DNA of 42,798 nucleotides from a virus: IMG/VR virus record IMGVR_UViG_3300045988_177667, positions 1 through 42,798 of that record. One strand, given 5' to 3'. The position numbers and the translations under genes are program-made. Within the stretch, counting starts at the first letter, position 1; each line of letters opens with the position of its first letter. The notes below the pieces were generated by a model that saw only the letters and a program-made list of their open reading frames with translations, was not told the origin of the DNA and searched no databases. This document shows positions 18,003-26,116 of this stretch, piece by piece.

Positions 18003-18998
18003 ATGGCAAACGTTACTGGGTACACTAAGGCCGGCGTAGATAAGCTGGTCGCCCCGCTGTTCTCTTCAATCTCGCCTTTCGCGGTCGGCGGACACTACTA
18101 CTCCCCCGTCACGTATTTCTGGCCCGATTTCTACAATGAGGGTCAGGCCGGGAAGATTTCGAAGTGGGCCAAGACGCTGGCCTATGGGAATGCGCTCGGC
18201 TATGTGATCATGAATCGTTCCACGGGCGATTGGTCCGCCAAAGACAACGACTTTCTTACGCAGGCGCAGCGTGCCCAGGCGGCCGGGGCAAAGAGGGTTC
18301 TCTGGTATATTCCTACCCGTTATGGTGTCGCGTCGCTCGCTAAGGAGGACGCCGCTAGGAATGGTGTGCCGGACCCGGATAAGTTTACGCGCGAATACAT
18401 TATGCAGCTGTGCGCCAACCTGCGCTCCCAGTACGATGGTCTTTTCCAGGGTGTATTCTTGGACGAGGTAATCAACGGATGGGGCGTCCAGGCGGGACGC
18501 GTTGGTTGGTACGGTGATCTCATCGGCGAAATTCGACACACCTACGGCAAGGATTTCACAATCGCTATCAACCCTGGTAGCAATATTACTGAGGCAGTGT
18601 GCTCGCTCGATTTCGATGTGTGCATGAGCTTTGAGAATACTGCCGCCAAGTATTTGACGGACGACCCTAATAACCCGATTGCGAATGATGTGATGCGGGC
18701 GCAGCCTTCCACCAAGTGGTGGCACGTTATTCATGGGGTTACGAAAGAGAATTTCCGGCAGGTAATCGATCGCGCCGCATCGTTCGGTGTGTCACATTTG
18801 TATGTGACCGACGGCGAGCTGGTGCAGGGCGAGGGCGGCCAGTGGGTTCCTGAGAAGAATCCTTACCAGAATCCTCCGTCGGATTGGATCATGGAGCGCG
18901 TGGTTGCTTGGCATGGCGGCTACCTCGACCTGGCTGAGCGTGTTGCCGCGTTGGAGGCGAAAGCGGCTCCGGCTCCGTCTCCTCAGCCGGGCGCCTGA
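18003..18998 (+). CDS. Spherulation-specific family 4-like protein, a putative glycoside-hydrolase-like polysaccharide depolymerase
   Basis: A 331-aa ORF, the last gene of the tail block. The pattern GYVIMNRSTGDW...RVLWYIPTRYG...GVFLDEV resembles spherulin-4/GH114-like TIM-barrel families as I recall them. Confidence 0.4.
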   Translation: MANVTGYTKAGVDKLVAPLFSSISPFAVGGHYYSPVTYFWPDFYNEGQAGKISKWAKTLAYGNALGYVIMNRSTGDWSAKDNDFLTQAQRAQAAGAKRVLWYIPTRYGVASLAKEDAARNGVPDPDKFTREYIMQLCANLRSQYDGLFQGVFLDEVINGWGVQAGRVGWYGDLIGEIRHTYGKDFTIAINPGSNITEAVCSLDFDVCMSFENTAAKYLTDDPNNPIANDVMRAQPSTKWWHVIHGVTKENFRQVIDRAASFGVSHLYVTDGELVQGEGGQWVPEKNPYQNPPSDWIMERVVAWHGGYLDLAERVAALEAKAAPAPSPQPGA

Positions 18999-18999
18999 G

Positions 19000-19015
19000 T
19001 GTTTCACGTGAAACA
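19000..19015. promoter_or_regulatory. parS: parS-type 16-bp palindrome TGTTTCACGTGAAACA (chromosomal ParB/Spo0J site consensus), copy 1
   Basis: Exact palindrome starting 2 nt after the stop of the last tail gene. Its right half forms the base of the adjacent terminator stem. Confidence 0.8.
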
Positions 19016-19054
19016 TTCCCCCTCACCACAGAAATCGTGGTGAGGGGGAATGTT
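19012..19054. terminator. Terminator hairpin between convergent operons (18-bp stem aacattccccctcaccac/gtggtgagggggaatgtt)
   Basis: Perfect 18-bp inverted repeat with a 7-nt loop. TTTT follows on the + strand. It lies in the 76-bp gap between 18998 (+) and 19075 (-). Confidence 0.7.
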
Positions 19055-19074
19055 TTCGTACCCGACGGAAGAGA

Positions 19075-19542
19075 CTATAGTCCCAGGCGTTGATAGTCTC
19101 CTCCGTGCTCGCGAGCAATATCGTCCAAGACGCCCATGAGGTCGGAGCGTGCATCGTCCTGAACGGTGATAGACGGCGAGTTCAGGATCGAATGAATCGT
19201 ACTGTTGATTTCCCGAAATCGGCGGCCAGCGATTGCGTCACACTCTACACTGTCCCAACGCCGTGCTAGACGGCGCGCAAGATCAGACGTATTCTCTCCG
19301 CTTGTTTCATGGTATACACCTACAACGTTCAATGGCCAACCCCAGACAACCCATTTGCTGAAAGTGCCGCCGTCGTCATTTTCTACGGTGACATCAATCC
19401 CAACGCCCTTATGCTGGTTGTGCCACTTCAGAAGAGCGACCATGTGCGCTTCGTCAATATCACACACGTCGGGCTTCGGAAGCCATAACTGTACAAGGCT
19501 GATCTCTCGCTCGATCTCCAGCATTAGATTATTTGCTGTCAT
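19075..19542 (-). CDS. Hypothetical protein
   Basis: A 155-aa ORF, the last gene of the leftward module. It overlaps the upstream gene by 4 nt. Confidence 0.55.
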   Translation of the reverse strand: MTANNLMLEIEREISLVQLWLPKPDVCDIDEAHMVALLKWHNQHKGVGIDVTVENDDGGTFSKWVVWGWPLNVVGVYHETSGENTSDLARRLARRWDSVECDAIAGRRFREINSTIHSILNSPSITVQDDARSDLMGVLDDIAREHGGDYQRLGL

Positions 19543-19793
19543 GAAACGCTCCGCAGAAGTAGGCTACAACGCATCGCAGAATGCTCCGGGCTGCAGGATT
19601 CCTCGTGAGTCCATCCTGCTGAGACTCCGCGCTTCGTCGTCACCGCAACACCGTTATCGGTGATCTCGATATTCCCTGACGGGGAGTCAATGACGGTAAC
19701 TCCCGTGCGGTCCGAAATGCGGGGCGACGTAATCGTGTTCTGCAATTCCTTAGCAATAGTCAGCGCAATTTCCCGGCGATCAATCTTGTTCAT
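19539..19793 (-). CDS. Hypothetical protein
   Basis: An 84-aa ORF, translationally coupled to its neighbours. Confidence 0.5.
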   Translation of the reverse strand: MNKIDRREIALTIAKELQNTITSPRISDRTGVTVIDSPSGNIEITDNGVAVTTKRGVSAGWTHEESCSPEHSAMRCSLLLRSVS

Positions 19794-20311
19794 TATTTCA
19801 TCTCCATAGCCGATGGCGTGACGCCGGTCTGCCCCTGATAGTGTGATCCGAGACCATTGGTGCCGTATGGCATGCTGGCCGGCCTGTCCAGATCCTCGAA
19901 AGCGATCTGCGCAATCCTATCCCCCGGGAAAAGACGAGCAGCCTTACTGGAGTGTAGATTGGCGATTTCCAGAGTCACGTTTCCCTGGAATCCCGGATCA
20001 ATGTATCCCGCAGACACGTGCACGAGAATTCCTCGGCGCGCCCACGACGACTTACCTTCCACCCTAGCTACTAGGTCGGCTGGCACGCTGACTTTCTCCT
20101 GGGTGGACGCGAGAATAAACTCACCCGGCAACAGCTCATAACCATTCTCGCCGATGGTGACATTCTCGTCGTCGTGACGGTAGGTGATAATGTTCTCGTC
20201 TAGCCGCACTTCTACCGACGCCGGTTGAATAGACAACGGTTTACGCCAGTCGGAGATGAGTTCACCCCAATCGATTCTGCGTCGGAGAGTGAAATCACTC
20301 AGTGTAGCCAT
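19793..20311 (-). CDS. dcd: dCTP deaminase / dUTPase-superfamily enzyme
   Basis: The 172-aa product has VEGKSSWARRGILVHVSAGYIDPGFQGNVTLEIANL. This closely parallels the E. coli Dcd core ([33 protein letters not shown]). Confidence 0.8.
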   Translation of the reverse strand: MATLSDFTLRRRIDWGELISDWRKPLSIQPASVEVRLDENIITYRHDDENVTIGENGYELLPGEFILASTQEKVSVPADLVARVEGKSSWARRGILVHVSAGYIDPGFQGNVTLEIANLHSSKAARLFPGDRIAQIAFEDLDRPASMPYGTNGLGSHYQGQTGVTPSAMEMK

Positions 20312-20765
20312 TCTGGCGACTCCCGTCTTCGTTTTCCTTGATCATATGGACCGTGTAACCTTTATTGCGTAGGATTGCTTCGGCTTCGAGGGCAAGTGCA
20401 GGCTTCTCTCCCGGGATAATTTCTACCATGTCTTTACCGCGTTCCGACAGTACGATCGCGCAGACGTACGCATCGTCGTCCGACGAGTCGCTGTAAGTGA
20501 GCACATACCCGCCTATCTCATCCGAATATGTGCACCTAGTAAAAGTGACCCTTCCTTCCCGCCATGAACGCAAGGTAAGTGTTACTCCCTGAACAAATTG
20601 CACGGTGTGCATAAGCCCACGGATCGCGGCAGGCGGATCGATAGCATAACTCCTGATAGTGAAGTTACAGTCGGTGGCATGCATAAACGCAGCCGCGCCC
20701 CACAGTTCACCACATTTCGCCAAATCAACGAAAACAATGTTGACAATATTTTCCATAACGCTCAT
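20295..20765 (-). CDS. Hypothetical protein
   Basis: A 156-aa ORF that overlaps both neighbours. Confidence 0.5.
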   Translation of the reverse strand: MSVMENIVNIVFVDLAKCGELWGAAAFMHATDCNFTIRSYAIDPPAAIRGLMHTVQFVQGVTLTLRSWREGRVTFTRCTYSDEIGGYVLTYSDSSDDDAYVCAIVLSERGKDMVEIIPGEKPALALEAEAILRNKGYTVHMIKENEDGSRQNGYTE

Positions 20766-21769
20766 CTCTCTTCTGGAATGTAGTTACTGAGGTGATCGTG
20801 TGAAATGGCGGACATGAACTCTGTGAGCCTGTCTCGAACCTCCCTGGCACGCCCCTGTGGGGTGAGCTGTCTATCAATAGTGTCCCAGTAGACGTTTCGC
20901 AGAATTGCAATCACCGACTGGCTTCCATGGTCGTTGACGAGTTCACGAAGATACCACGCCGCCTTTCCCATATCAACATTCTCGTCAGCATCATTCTTGT
21001 GACCCGCCCTGAAAATATACTTCAAAGCACTGCCTGTCAGATAGTCTTTGTCGCGAATGAAAGTGATGGGCTCAGGATCGAGGGCCACATAATGCGATGG
21101 GTGAGACACGGCATTCTCGTGCACATCATCCTTGACATACTCATCATTCTTCATCACGATATGGAGAACATTATCGTTGGTGGTCAACTCATAGAGCTGC
21201 TCGTCGAACGTGAGAAACGCTCCCCCACCATTCTCATCCTCATACCAAATGCACCATTCGCCAGTGAAATACCGACAAACCTTCCTGACAAGCGCGTCAT
21301 AATCGTCGGAGACATGAAAACGAATCGGTTCGCCCACAAACTTCAACTCACAGCCGGGATCAGACTTATATCTGCCAATACGCCACCAATACCAGCCATC
21401 ATGCTTCTGTTCCAGAGAAACGTAGCGGCGGCTCCAACACTCTACCCGCCGTTCACTGAAAGAATTGCGGCGGACGTGCACCTCCCAAAACCCATCATGC
21501 GGCACTACCTTCGAAACATACTCATACACGCCATTCGGATAGTAAATCTTCTCGCACCCATCATCTACGAGTGACACCACATAATCTCCTCTTTCTGTCT
21601 GTGTGATCGAATACTCGTCGTATCTGAAATAGTGTATCCGTTCTACACCGTCATGAATAGAATTGAAACCAATCCCCTTGCTGTTGTCGGTTTGTGCTAT
21701 GATTCTCTCTTTATTGCCGTCTGGCAAGTACAGCCAAACCGGTTTCAAAAACACCTTGTCCACAATCAT
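20762..21769 (-). CDS. Protein with a DUF3310-like C-terminal domain
   Basis: The 335-aa product has a C-terminal HPSHYVALDPEPITFIRDKDYLTGSALKYIFRAGHK...MGKAAWYLRELV. This matches the DUF3310 pattern as I recall it. Confidence 0.55.
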   Translation of the reverse strand: MIVDKVFLKPVWLYLPDGNKERIIAQTDNSKGIGFNSIHDGVERIHYFRYDEYSITQTERGDYVVSLVDDGCEKIYYPNGVYEYVSKVVPHDGFWEVHVRRNSFSERRVECWSRRYVSLEQKHDGWYWWRIGRYKSDPGCELKFVGEPIRFHVSDDYDALVRKVCRYFTGEWCIWYEDENGGGAFLTFDEQLYELTTNDNVLHIVMKNDEYVKDDVHENAVSHPSHYVALDPEPITFIRDKDYLTGSALKYIFRAGHKNDADENVDMGKAAWYLRELVNDHGSQSVIAILRNVYWDTIDRQLTPQGRAREVRDRLTEFMSAISHDHLSNYIPEER

Positions 21770-21779
21770 TCACGCTATT

Positions 21780-22133
21780 TCAGTTGCCGAGAGTGCCGAC
21801 CGTAGCGAAGTAAGCGAAGAATACTTGGAGCCACCAAAATGCGCGCCACGCCAATGACAGTCCAATAACACCTACAATGAGAGCTACCGCACCCATTGCC
21901 ATACCTTCGCCTGTGGACCGCGGCTTGCGGAGCCATGCCATGAAACGATTAGTGGGGCGCGGGGGCGCCATCACGCTGAGCGGCACAGACCATGCGGGCG
22001 GCGCCGGGGCAGGCCGAGGCTGCGGAGGTGGCGGAGGCGGTGGAGGGGTAGGTGCACTAGCCGCGGGCGGAGGCGGCGCGGGAGTCGGCGCCGACGGGGC
22101 ACTCGAAAAAGTAGGCATAATAGTTTTCCTCAC
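21780..22133 (-). CDS. Pro-rich protein with a hydrophobic C-terminal membrane segment
   Basis: The 117-aa product has a PTPAPPPPAASAPTPPPPPPPPQPRPAPAPP tract followed by MAMGAVALIVGVIGLSLAW and FFAYFATVGTL. The start is uncertain. Confidence 0.45.
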   Translation of the reverse strand: MRKTIMPTFSSAPSAPTPAPPPPAASAPTPPPPPPPPQPRPAPAPPAWSVPLSVMAPPRPTNRFMAWLRKPRSTGEGMAMGAVALIVGVIGLSLAWRAFWWLQVFFAYFATVGTLGN

Positions 22134-22318
22134 TTTCCGTTCAGTTCTGCCATGAGACGGTTGGTCCAGCCGTCACTGTAATTGAAATTCGTACGCTTAG
22201 TGTGGCGTGTGCTCTTGATTCTCTTCGCTCGATTCCTCTTGTGTTCTTGAAACTCGATTGTCTTGCGACGAACCTCATCCCCGCGTCCGTCCATACGGCG
22301 AATTGCTGGGTATTTCAT
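22130..22318 (-). CDS. Small basic protein
   Basis: ATG at 22318 overlaps the upstream stop (ATGA). The product is 62 aa and Arg/Lys-rich. Confidence 0.45.
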   Translation of the reverse strand: MKYPAIRRMDGRGDEVRRKTIEFQEHKRNRAKRIKSTRHTKRTNFNYSDGWTNRLMAELNGK

Positions 22319-22710
22319 GATTTGATCCACTCGATTCCGTCGCCGAGAAGCCCGCGCAAATCATTGATCAAGTTGCGCGCGTTCCCGAACTCCTCTTCGC
22401 TGATATCAAAGATTCGGTAGACGTTTCCTTCGGTGCAGACCACAAGGAAGGAATCGTGGGCGTGTTCTGGGATGAAAACATTGCGGACGTTTCCGATGAG
22501 GGCGGGCCGCTGAACCGGGATGGCCTGTACGAGGTCGGCCCCGGTGAGAATTGCGACAGCGGTCACTCGCTCAACGGGGATTCCCCGGAATTCGTTCTCG
22601 CCTTTCTCGTATCCTTTTGCGGGGAAGTGAATTTTAGTGCCCTTCAGGTTAGTGAATACAGCACCTCCTGTAGTTTTGCATGATCCGTATCCTGTGCGAC
22701 GGCGTGCCAT
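22315..22710 (-). CDS. Hypothetical protein
   Basis: A 131-aa ORF with a GAGAAGAGGA Shine-Dalgarno upstream of its ATG. Confidence 0.55.
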   Translation of the reverse strand: MARRRTGYGSCKTTGGAVFTNLKGTKIHFPAKGYEKGENEFRGIPVERVTAVAILTGADLVQAIPVQRPALIGNVRNVFIPEHAHDSFLVVCTEGNVYRIFDISEEEFGNARNLINDLRGLLGDGIEWIKS

Positions 22711-22798
22711 AGTAATCCTCTTCTCAAAATATGTGTGTGATGGTGGTGGGTGGTGGGTGGCCCGTCACGGTCGACGGGTCGCCGCCGTTATGTGTATG

Positions 22799-23095
22799 TC
22801 AGTGCTCCAGCCACCAATCCGCCAGGTAGGCGATGGTCTCGTCAGTCAGAGCAGAAAGCCCCTCGTGGACGACAGTGAATCCATCGGCATCGTACTGCCA
22901 GAGTCCCCAGGAGACGACGTCGTCGCACGCGTGGAGTCCGAGTGCTTTGCCGCCGTCGGTGGTGCGTCGTATGAGGCCGATGGTCTCGCCGGTCTCGTCC
23001 TCCCAGTAGTCCGTGTCGCCCCAGGCGTCGGCAGCGGTGCCGACGGCGTAGGCGATGTCGGTGTCGGTGGTGATGTTCTCAGTGGTGGTGGTCAT
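22799..23095 (-). CDS. Small acidic protein, the first gene of the leftward 4-kb module
   Basis: An internal ATG at 23095 has a GAGAGG Shine-Dalgarno 8-9 nt upstream. The 98-aa product begins MTTTTENITTDTD. The longer ORF-track version extends into the promoter region. Confidence 0.5.
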   Translation of the reverse strand: MTTTTENITTDTDIAYAVGTAADAWGDTDYWEDETGETIGLIRRTTDGGKALGLHACDDVVSWGLWQYDADGFTVVHEGLSALTDETIAYLADWWLEH

Positions 23096-23300
23096 TGTCT
23101 TGTCCTCTCTATCCCTGGCTGGGTGGCTTGTCCTCCCTGCCGATGTCTTAATCATGCTCTCCCGCATGCCGTGAGTCAATCCTACGTGACGGTGACCCAT
23201 CCCACAAAACCAATGTGTGTGAGGTATTGACAGACAGTGGGCGCGTGTGATATACGCGCGCGCACGCACCTATATATATCGAGAAGACACTCAGACGTCC
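23096..23300. promoter_or_regulatory. Divergent intergenic control region between the leftward module and the lysis cassette
   Basis: A perfect TTGACA lies at 23227..23232 (+), with AT-rich -10 candidates 16-18 nt downstream. TTGACT lies on the - strand at 23174..23179. A GCGCGT/ACGCGC inverted repeat and a TATATATAT run are also present. Confidence 0.4.
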
Positions 23301-24809
23301 ATGATAAAATTAAAGCCACCGAAAACCTTTACGAAAGGCGGTGCAAAATTGGCAGATTCCGTCACAGAATATGCTGCGTCGGAAATGAAATATTGGTGCA
23401 CCACAGGCGACTACGGGGGCACCGGTTATGCCCAGGATAACCGGTGGACCTGTTACTGGAATTCCAATGATGCCGGATGGAAAACTGGTCCCGGTGACAT
23501 GGATTGCAGTAGCGGCGTAGCGGGCGCCTACAATATTGCATTCCACAATGTCTGGGGAACCGGCTGGGACGATCCGATCATGTTCCCGCGGACCGGCGAA
23601 ACATGGACAGAAACTCTGAATTCCTTGGCCGCGAATCGCGGTTTCATGGATATCGGGGACACTTGGTACGGGTCTACGCCGTCGGGCGGATTCCATGTCG
23701 GCGACATGGTCCTGAAAACTACCGGAGACGGTGGACATGTCGCAATGTGCGTGCGCGAAGACGATGGCTCATTCAACGCGGGCGACCCTTTGCTCGCTGA
23801 GGCGTGGATTAATGAGAATGGCGAAATTTCTGAAGGGCAGATGGGGGATCAGACCGGCTACGAAACACATGTAGTCCGGTATAGTAGTCACCCGATGACT
23901 GTCGCGAGCTCGTGGTCAACCTGTATCCGTTTCGGAAAGCGAACCGATTCCGATAACGGGCACGAGTCCGCCGGCTCGTACCGCCTTTCTTCAATTCAGG
24001 AGGCCGTTCTCAGGGCCGCCGATGCGGAGAGTTGTCCGTGGTGGGCCGCTCTGGCGTGCCTGTGGATGGAGACCGGCGAGCGTGGCGCAAACATTTACGG
24101 GCACGACGCCGGAGGCGCTGGCCCGCACGGCGAGGAGGTGACCGAGGAGAATTTCCGCGAATTCCTTGCGGCAATTCGAGACGGTGAAAACTCGAACGGT
24201 GTCGGGCCACTGCAGATCACGTATCCGGGCTATTTCTTTGATGATCCGGATCGTGAATGGTGGATGCCTGAAAAGTCGGCTGAGGTCGGCTGCCGTATTC
24301 TTCGTGATCTCATTAACGCGGAGGGCGATTCTTATGAGGCCTTGAAGCGTGTCGGGTCGCGGTATAATTCAGGAAACCCGTATGACGCGTATGAGTCTTA
24401 TGGGATTCTTTTCAGTAATCGTTGCAAGTCTTGGTATGATTATGGCCGCCCGTCTGGGGGTGCCGGAGAGGAATTTTGGGATATGAGCGAGGGCGTTGAT
24501 CTGCTCAGGGAGATTCGCGATCTTTTCCGTAGTGGAAAGGCGGGGGACCACTTTGCGGGCGACATGAATTGGTATGCCAAGGCGACCTACGAGGAGGTTA
24601 AGTCTATTCACGCGTCTGTGGATCAGATTCTGCATTCTGTGACTCCGGGTCAGGAGAATGTTCGTGAGGCGGGCGCGATCTATGGTGCCGTGAACGAGAT
24701 TCGTAAGGCAGTGTCTACGCCGTCGTCTTTGCAGGCGCATGATGGTGTCGCGGAGTCTCCGACTCCGGAGTCTCCCGCCCCGGCTCCGGCTCCGGAGCAG
24801 AATTCCTGA
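23301..24809 (+). CDS. Endolysin with an N-terminal Cys/His peptidase-like domain and a lytic-transglycosylase-like domain
   Basis: The product is 502 aa from the ATG at 23301. DCSSGVAGAY...GHVAMCV looks like a Cys-His peptidase signature. WMETGERGANIYGHD looks like a transglycosylase Glu motif. The domain assignment is from memory of endolysin families. Confidence 0.65.
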   Translation: MIKLKPPKTFTKGGAKLADSVTEYAASEMKYWCTTGDYGGTGYAQDNRWTCYWNSNDAGWKTGPGDMDCSSGVAGAYNIAFHNVWGTGWDDPIMFPRTGETWTETLNSLAANRGFMDIGDTWYGSTPSGGFHVGDMVLKTTGDGGHVAMCVREDDGSFNAGDPLLAEAWINENGEISEGQMGDQTGYETHVVRYSSHPMTVASSWSTCIRFGKRTDSDNGHESAGSYRLSSIQEAVLRAADAESCPWWAALACLWMETGERGANIYGHDAGGAGPHGEEVTEENFREFLAAIRDGENSNGVGPLQITYPGYFFDDPDREWWMPEKSAEVGCRILRDLINAEGDSYEALKRVGSRYNSGNPYDAYESYGILFSNRCKSWYDYGRPSGGAGEEFWDMSEGVDLLREIRDLFRSGKAGDHFAGDMNWYAKATYEEVKSIHASVDQILHSVTPGQENVREAGAIYGAVNEIRKAVSTPSSLQAHDGVAESPTPESPAPAPAPEQNS

Positions 24810-24935
24810 CGCAGCATATTGGCATTTATCGTAGCCTGTTCATTCGCTATTATGCTGAGTGTCGTTCCACGATAGATGTGACATGCGGGGAGCTTCACTC
24901 TCTTCCCTCTCCGCGATCTCCTGTGGTAGTGGTAG

Positions 24936-24987
24936 AGCAAGTCTCCGGACGGTCAATGAAAGATCGTCCGGAGACTTGCTTTTGTTG
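24936..24987 (+). terminator. Intrinsic terminator after the endolysin gene
   Basis: Perfect 16-bp stem agcaagtctccggacg/cgtccggagacttgct followed by TTTGTTG. Confidence 0.75.
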
Positions 24988-25147
24988 TGTGCTATACTTT
25001 CCAGCGTACCGCTTAATGGTTAATACACAAATATTTTCCTACGCGTTCCGACGGTGCAATAAGAGAATACTACCGCCCTCACGATGACTCCTAGAGCTGC
25101 TAAGAGAAATGTAGGAAACGTGAGGGCGGTAGTGTACAATTCATCCA

Positions 25148-25378
25148 ATGAAAGTGAAAATTAAGGTGACTAAGTCGCTTTATGTTGCTACTATTTTTGC
25201 GGCTGTCATGGTGACAGCAAACACTGCGCTCATGGTGCATGAAGATTTCACCAATGGCACTATGAATGTAACTCGCGATTCCTTGTGGTGTGTTGGCGCA
25301 CTCATTCTTTGGGCCAGTGTGCGCACTGTCCGATTCATGCGGACTGTCGGCTACCATCCTGGCTTCCATAGAAAGTGA
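25148..25378 (+). CDS. Small membrane protein in a moron-like cassette
   Basis: The 76-aa product has two hydrophobic segments (LYVATIFAAVMVTANTALMV and LWCVGALILWASV). The DNA is locally AT-richer. The cassette is bracketed by the 24936 terminator, a TGcTATACT element (24993), a 15-bp-stem hairpin (25069..25133) and the 25388 hairpin. No good Shine-Dalgarno was seen. Confidence 0.4.
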   Translation: MKVKIKVTKSLYVATIFAAVMVTANTALMVHEDFTNGTMNVTRDSLWCVGALILWASVRTVRFMRTVGYHPGFHRK

Positions 25379-25387
25379 TCGAATCGT

Positions 25388-25429
25388 AACATTCCCCTCT
25401 AGCAATCATCGTTGCTAGAGGGGAATGTT
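25388..25429 (+). terminator. Hairpin of the AACATT...AATGTT family (18-bp stem aacattcccctctagcaa/ttgctagaggggaatgtt)
   Basis: Perfect 18-bp inverted repeat with a 6-nt loop. TATAAT (25431..25436) follows immediately. Confidence 0.6.
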
Positions 25430-25486
25430 ATATAATATGCGTTAGCAACCCTGCAAAAACAATACGATAAAGAGGACATTAAACAC

Positions 25487-25858
25487 ATGGTGGCCCCTTT
25501 CCTGAGCGATGTTCTCTCTGACGCTACTTTGGTTGCCTTGTCCGCGCTCACGGGCACAATATTCTCAAACGTAACGCAACGCAAGAATGCGCGAGACCAG
25601 GAACAGATCTCAATCCTGGACATTACCGTCCGGTCCCTTTCTGAGAGAGTGACCGCCCTGGAGACCAGTCTTGCGGCCGCCGAAAGAGCGGCGGACCGGG
25701 CAGAAGATGGGCGCAGGCGGGCGGAAGTAAAATGGTGGGAGGCTGTCTCTTTCGCACACACTGTTCTCGATTGGGGACGGTCTCTGAAAATTCTGATACC
25801 ATCTGATAAAGAGGACTCAATCCCTACTGAGCCTCAAATTCCGGAATCTATGAGGTGA
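25487..25858 (+). CDS. Lysis-cassette protein with an N-terminal membrane segment and a coiled coil
   Basis: A 123-aa ORF with an AAAGAGGA Shine-Dalgarno. It has a hydrophobic N-terminus (LVALSALTGTIF) followed by an Ala/Glu/Arg-rich helix. Confidence 0.5.
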   Translation: MVAPFLSDVLSDATLVALSALTGTIFSNVTQRKNARDQEQISILDITVRSLSERVTALETSLAAAERAADRAEDGRRRAEVKWWEAVSFAHTVLDWGRSLKILIPSDKEDSIPTEPQIPESMR

Positions 25859-25867
25859 TTCATAAAC

Positions 25868-26101
25868 ATGTTTACTCCTGAGGTCCGCAAGGCGCTTTAC
25901 GCCCTGCTCACTGCTGTTCTCGGCGTTTTTGCGGCGTTCAATGTTATTTCCGCTGACCAGGCGTCTCAGTACGCTGACGCTGCGACCCAGATTGTCGGTG
26001 CTCTGACTCTGGCTCTGGCCACGTATCACACTCGCCCCGGCGCGGCCGCTGGCCGTCACGCCGCCGGTGAGGGTGAGGCTACTGAGGACAAGGTCGCCTG
26101 A
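25868..26101 (+). CDS. Holin (putative)
   Basis: The 77-aa product has two hydrophobic helices (ALYALLTAVLGVFAAFNVI and IVGALTLALATY) and a charged C-terminal tail. It is the last gene of the lysis cassette. Confidence 0.55.
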   Translation: MFTPEVRKALYALLTAVLGVFAAFNVISADQASQYADAATQIVGALTLALATYHTRPGAAAGRHAAGEGEATEDKVA

Positions 26102-26116
26102 CCTCCGTCATTCATA

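Noticed and set aside
18792-19016. ORFs starting MFHVKHS (18792..19016 on the - strand, and the MFHVKHS segment inside 26144..26356 on the + strand).
   Set aside because: These are the well-known translation artefact of the parS palindrome (ATGTTTCACGTGAAACA reads M F H V K). They overlap better-supported genes and terminators.
23247-23300. The upstream GTG start for the endolysin given by the ORF track (MIYARARTYIYREDTQTS...).
   Set aside because: This extension covers the TATATATAT / GC-palindrome promoter-like region and has an odd composition. The ATG at 23301 gives a sensible N-terminus.
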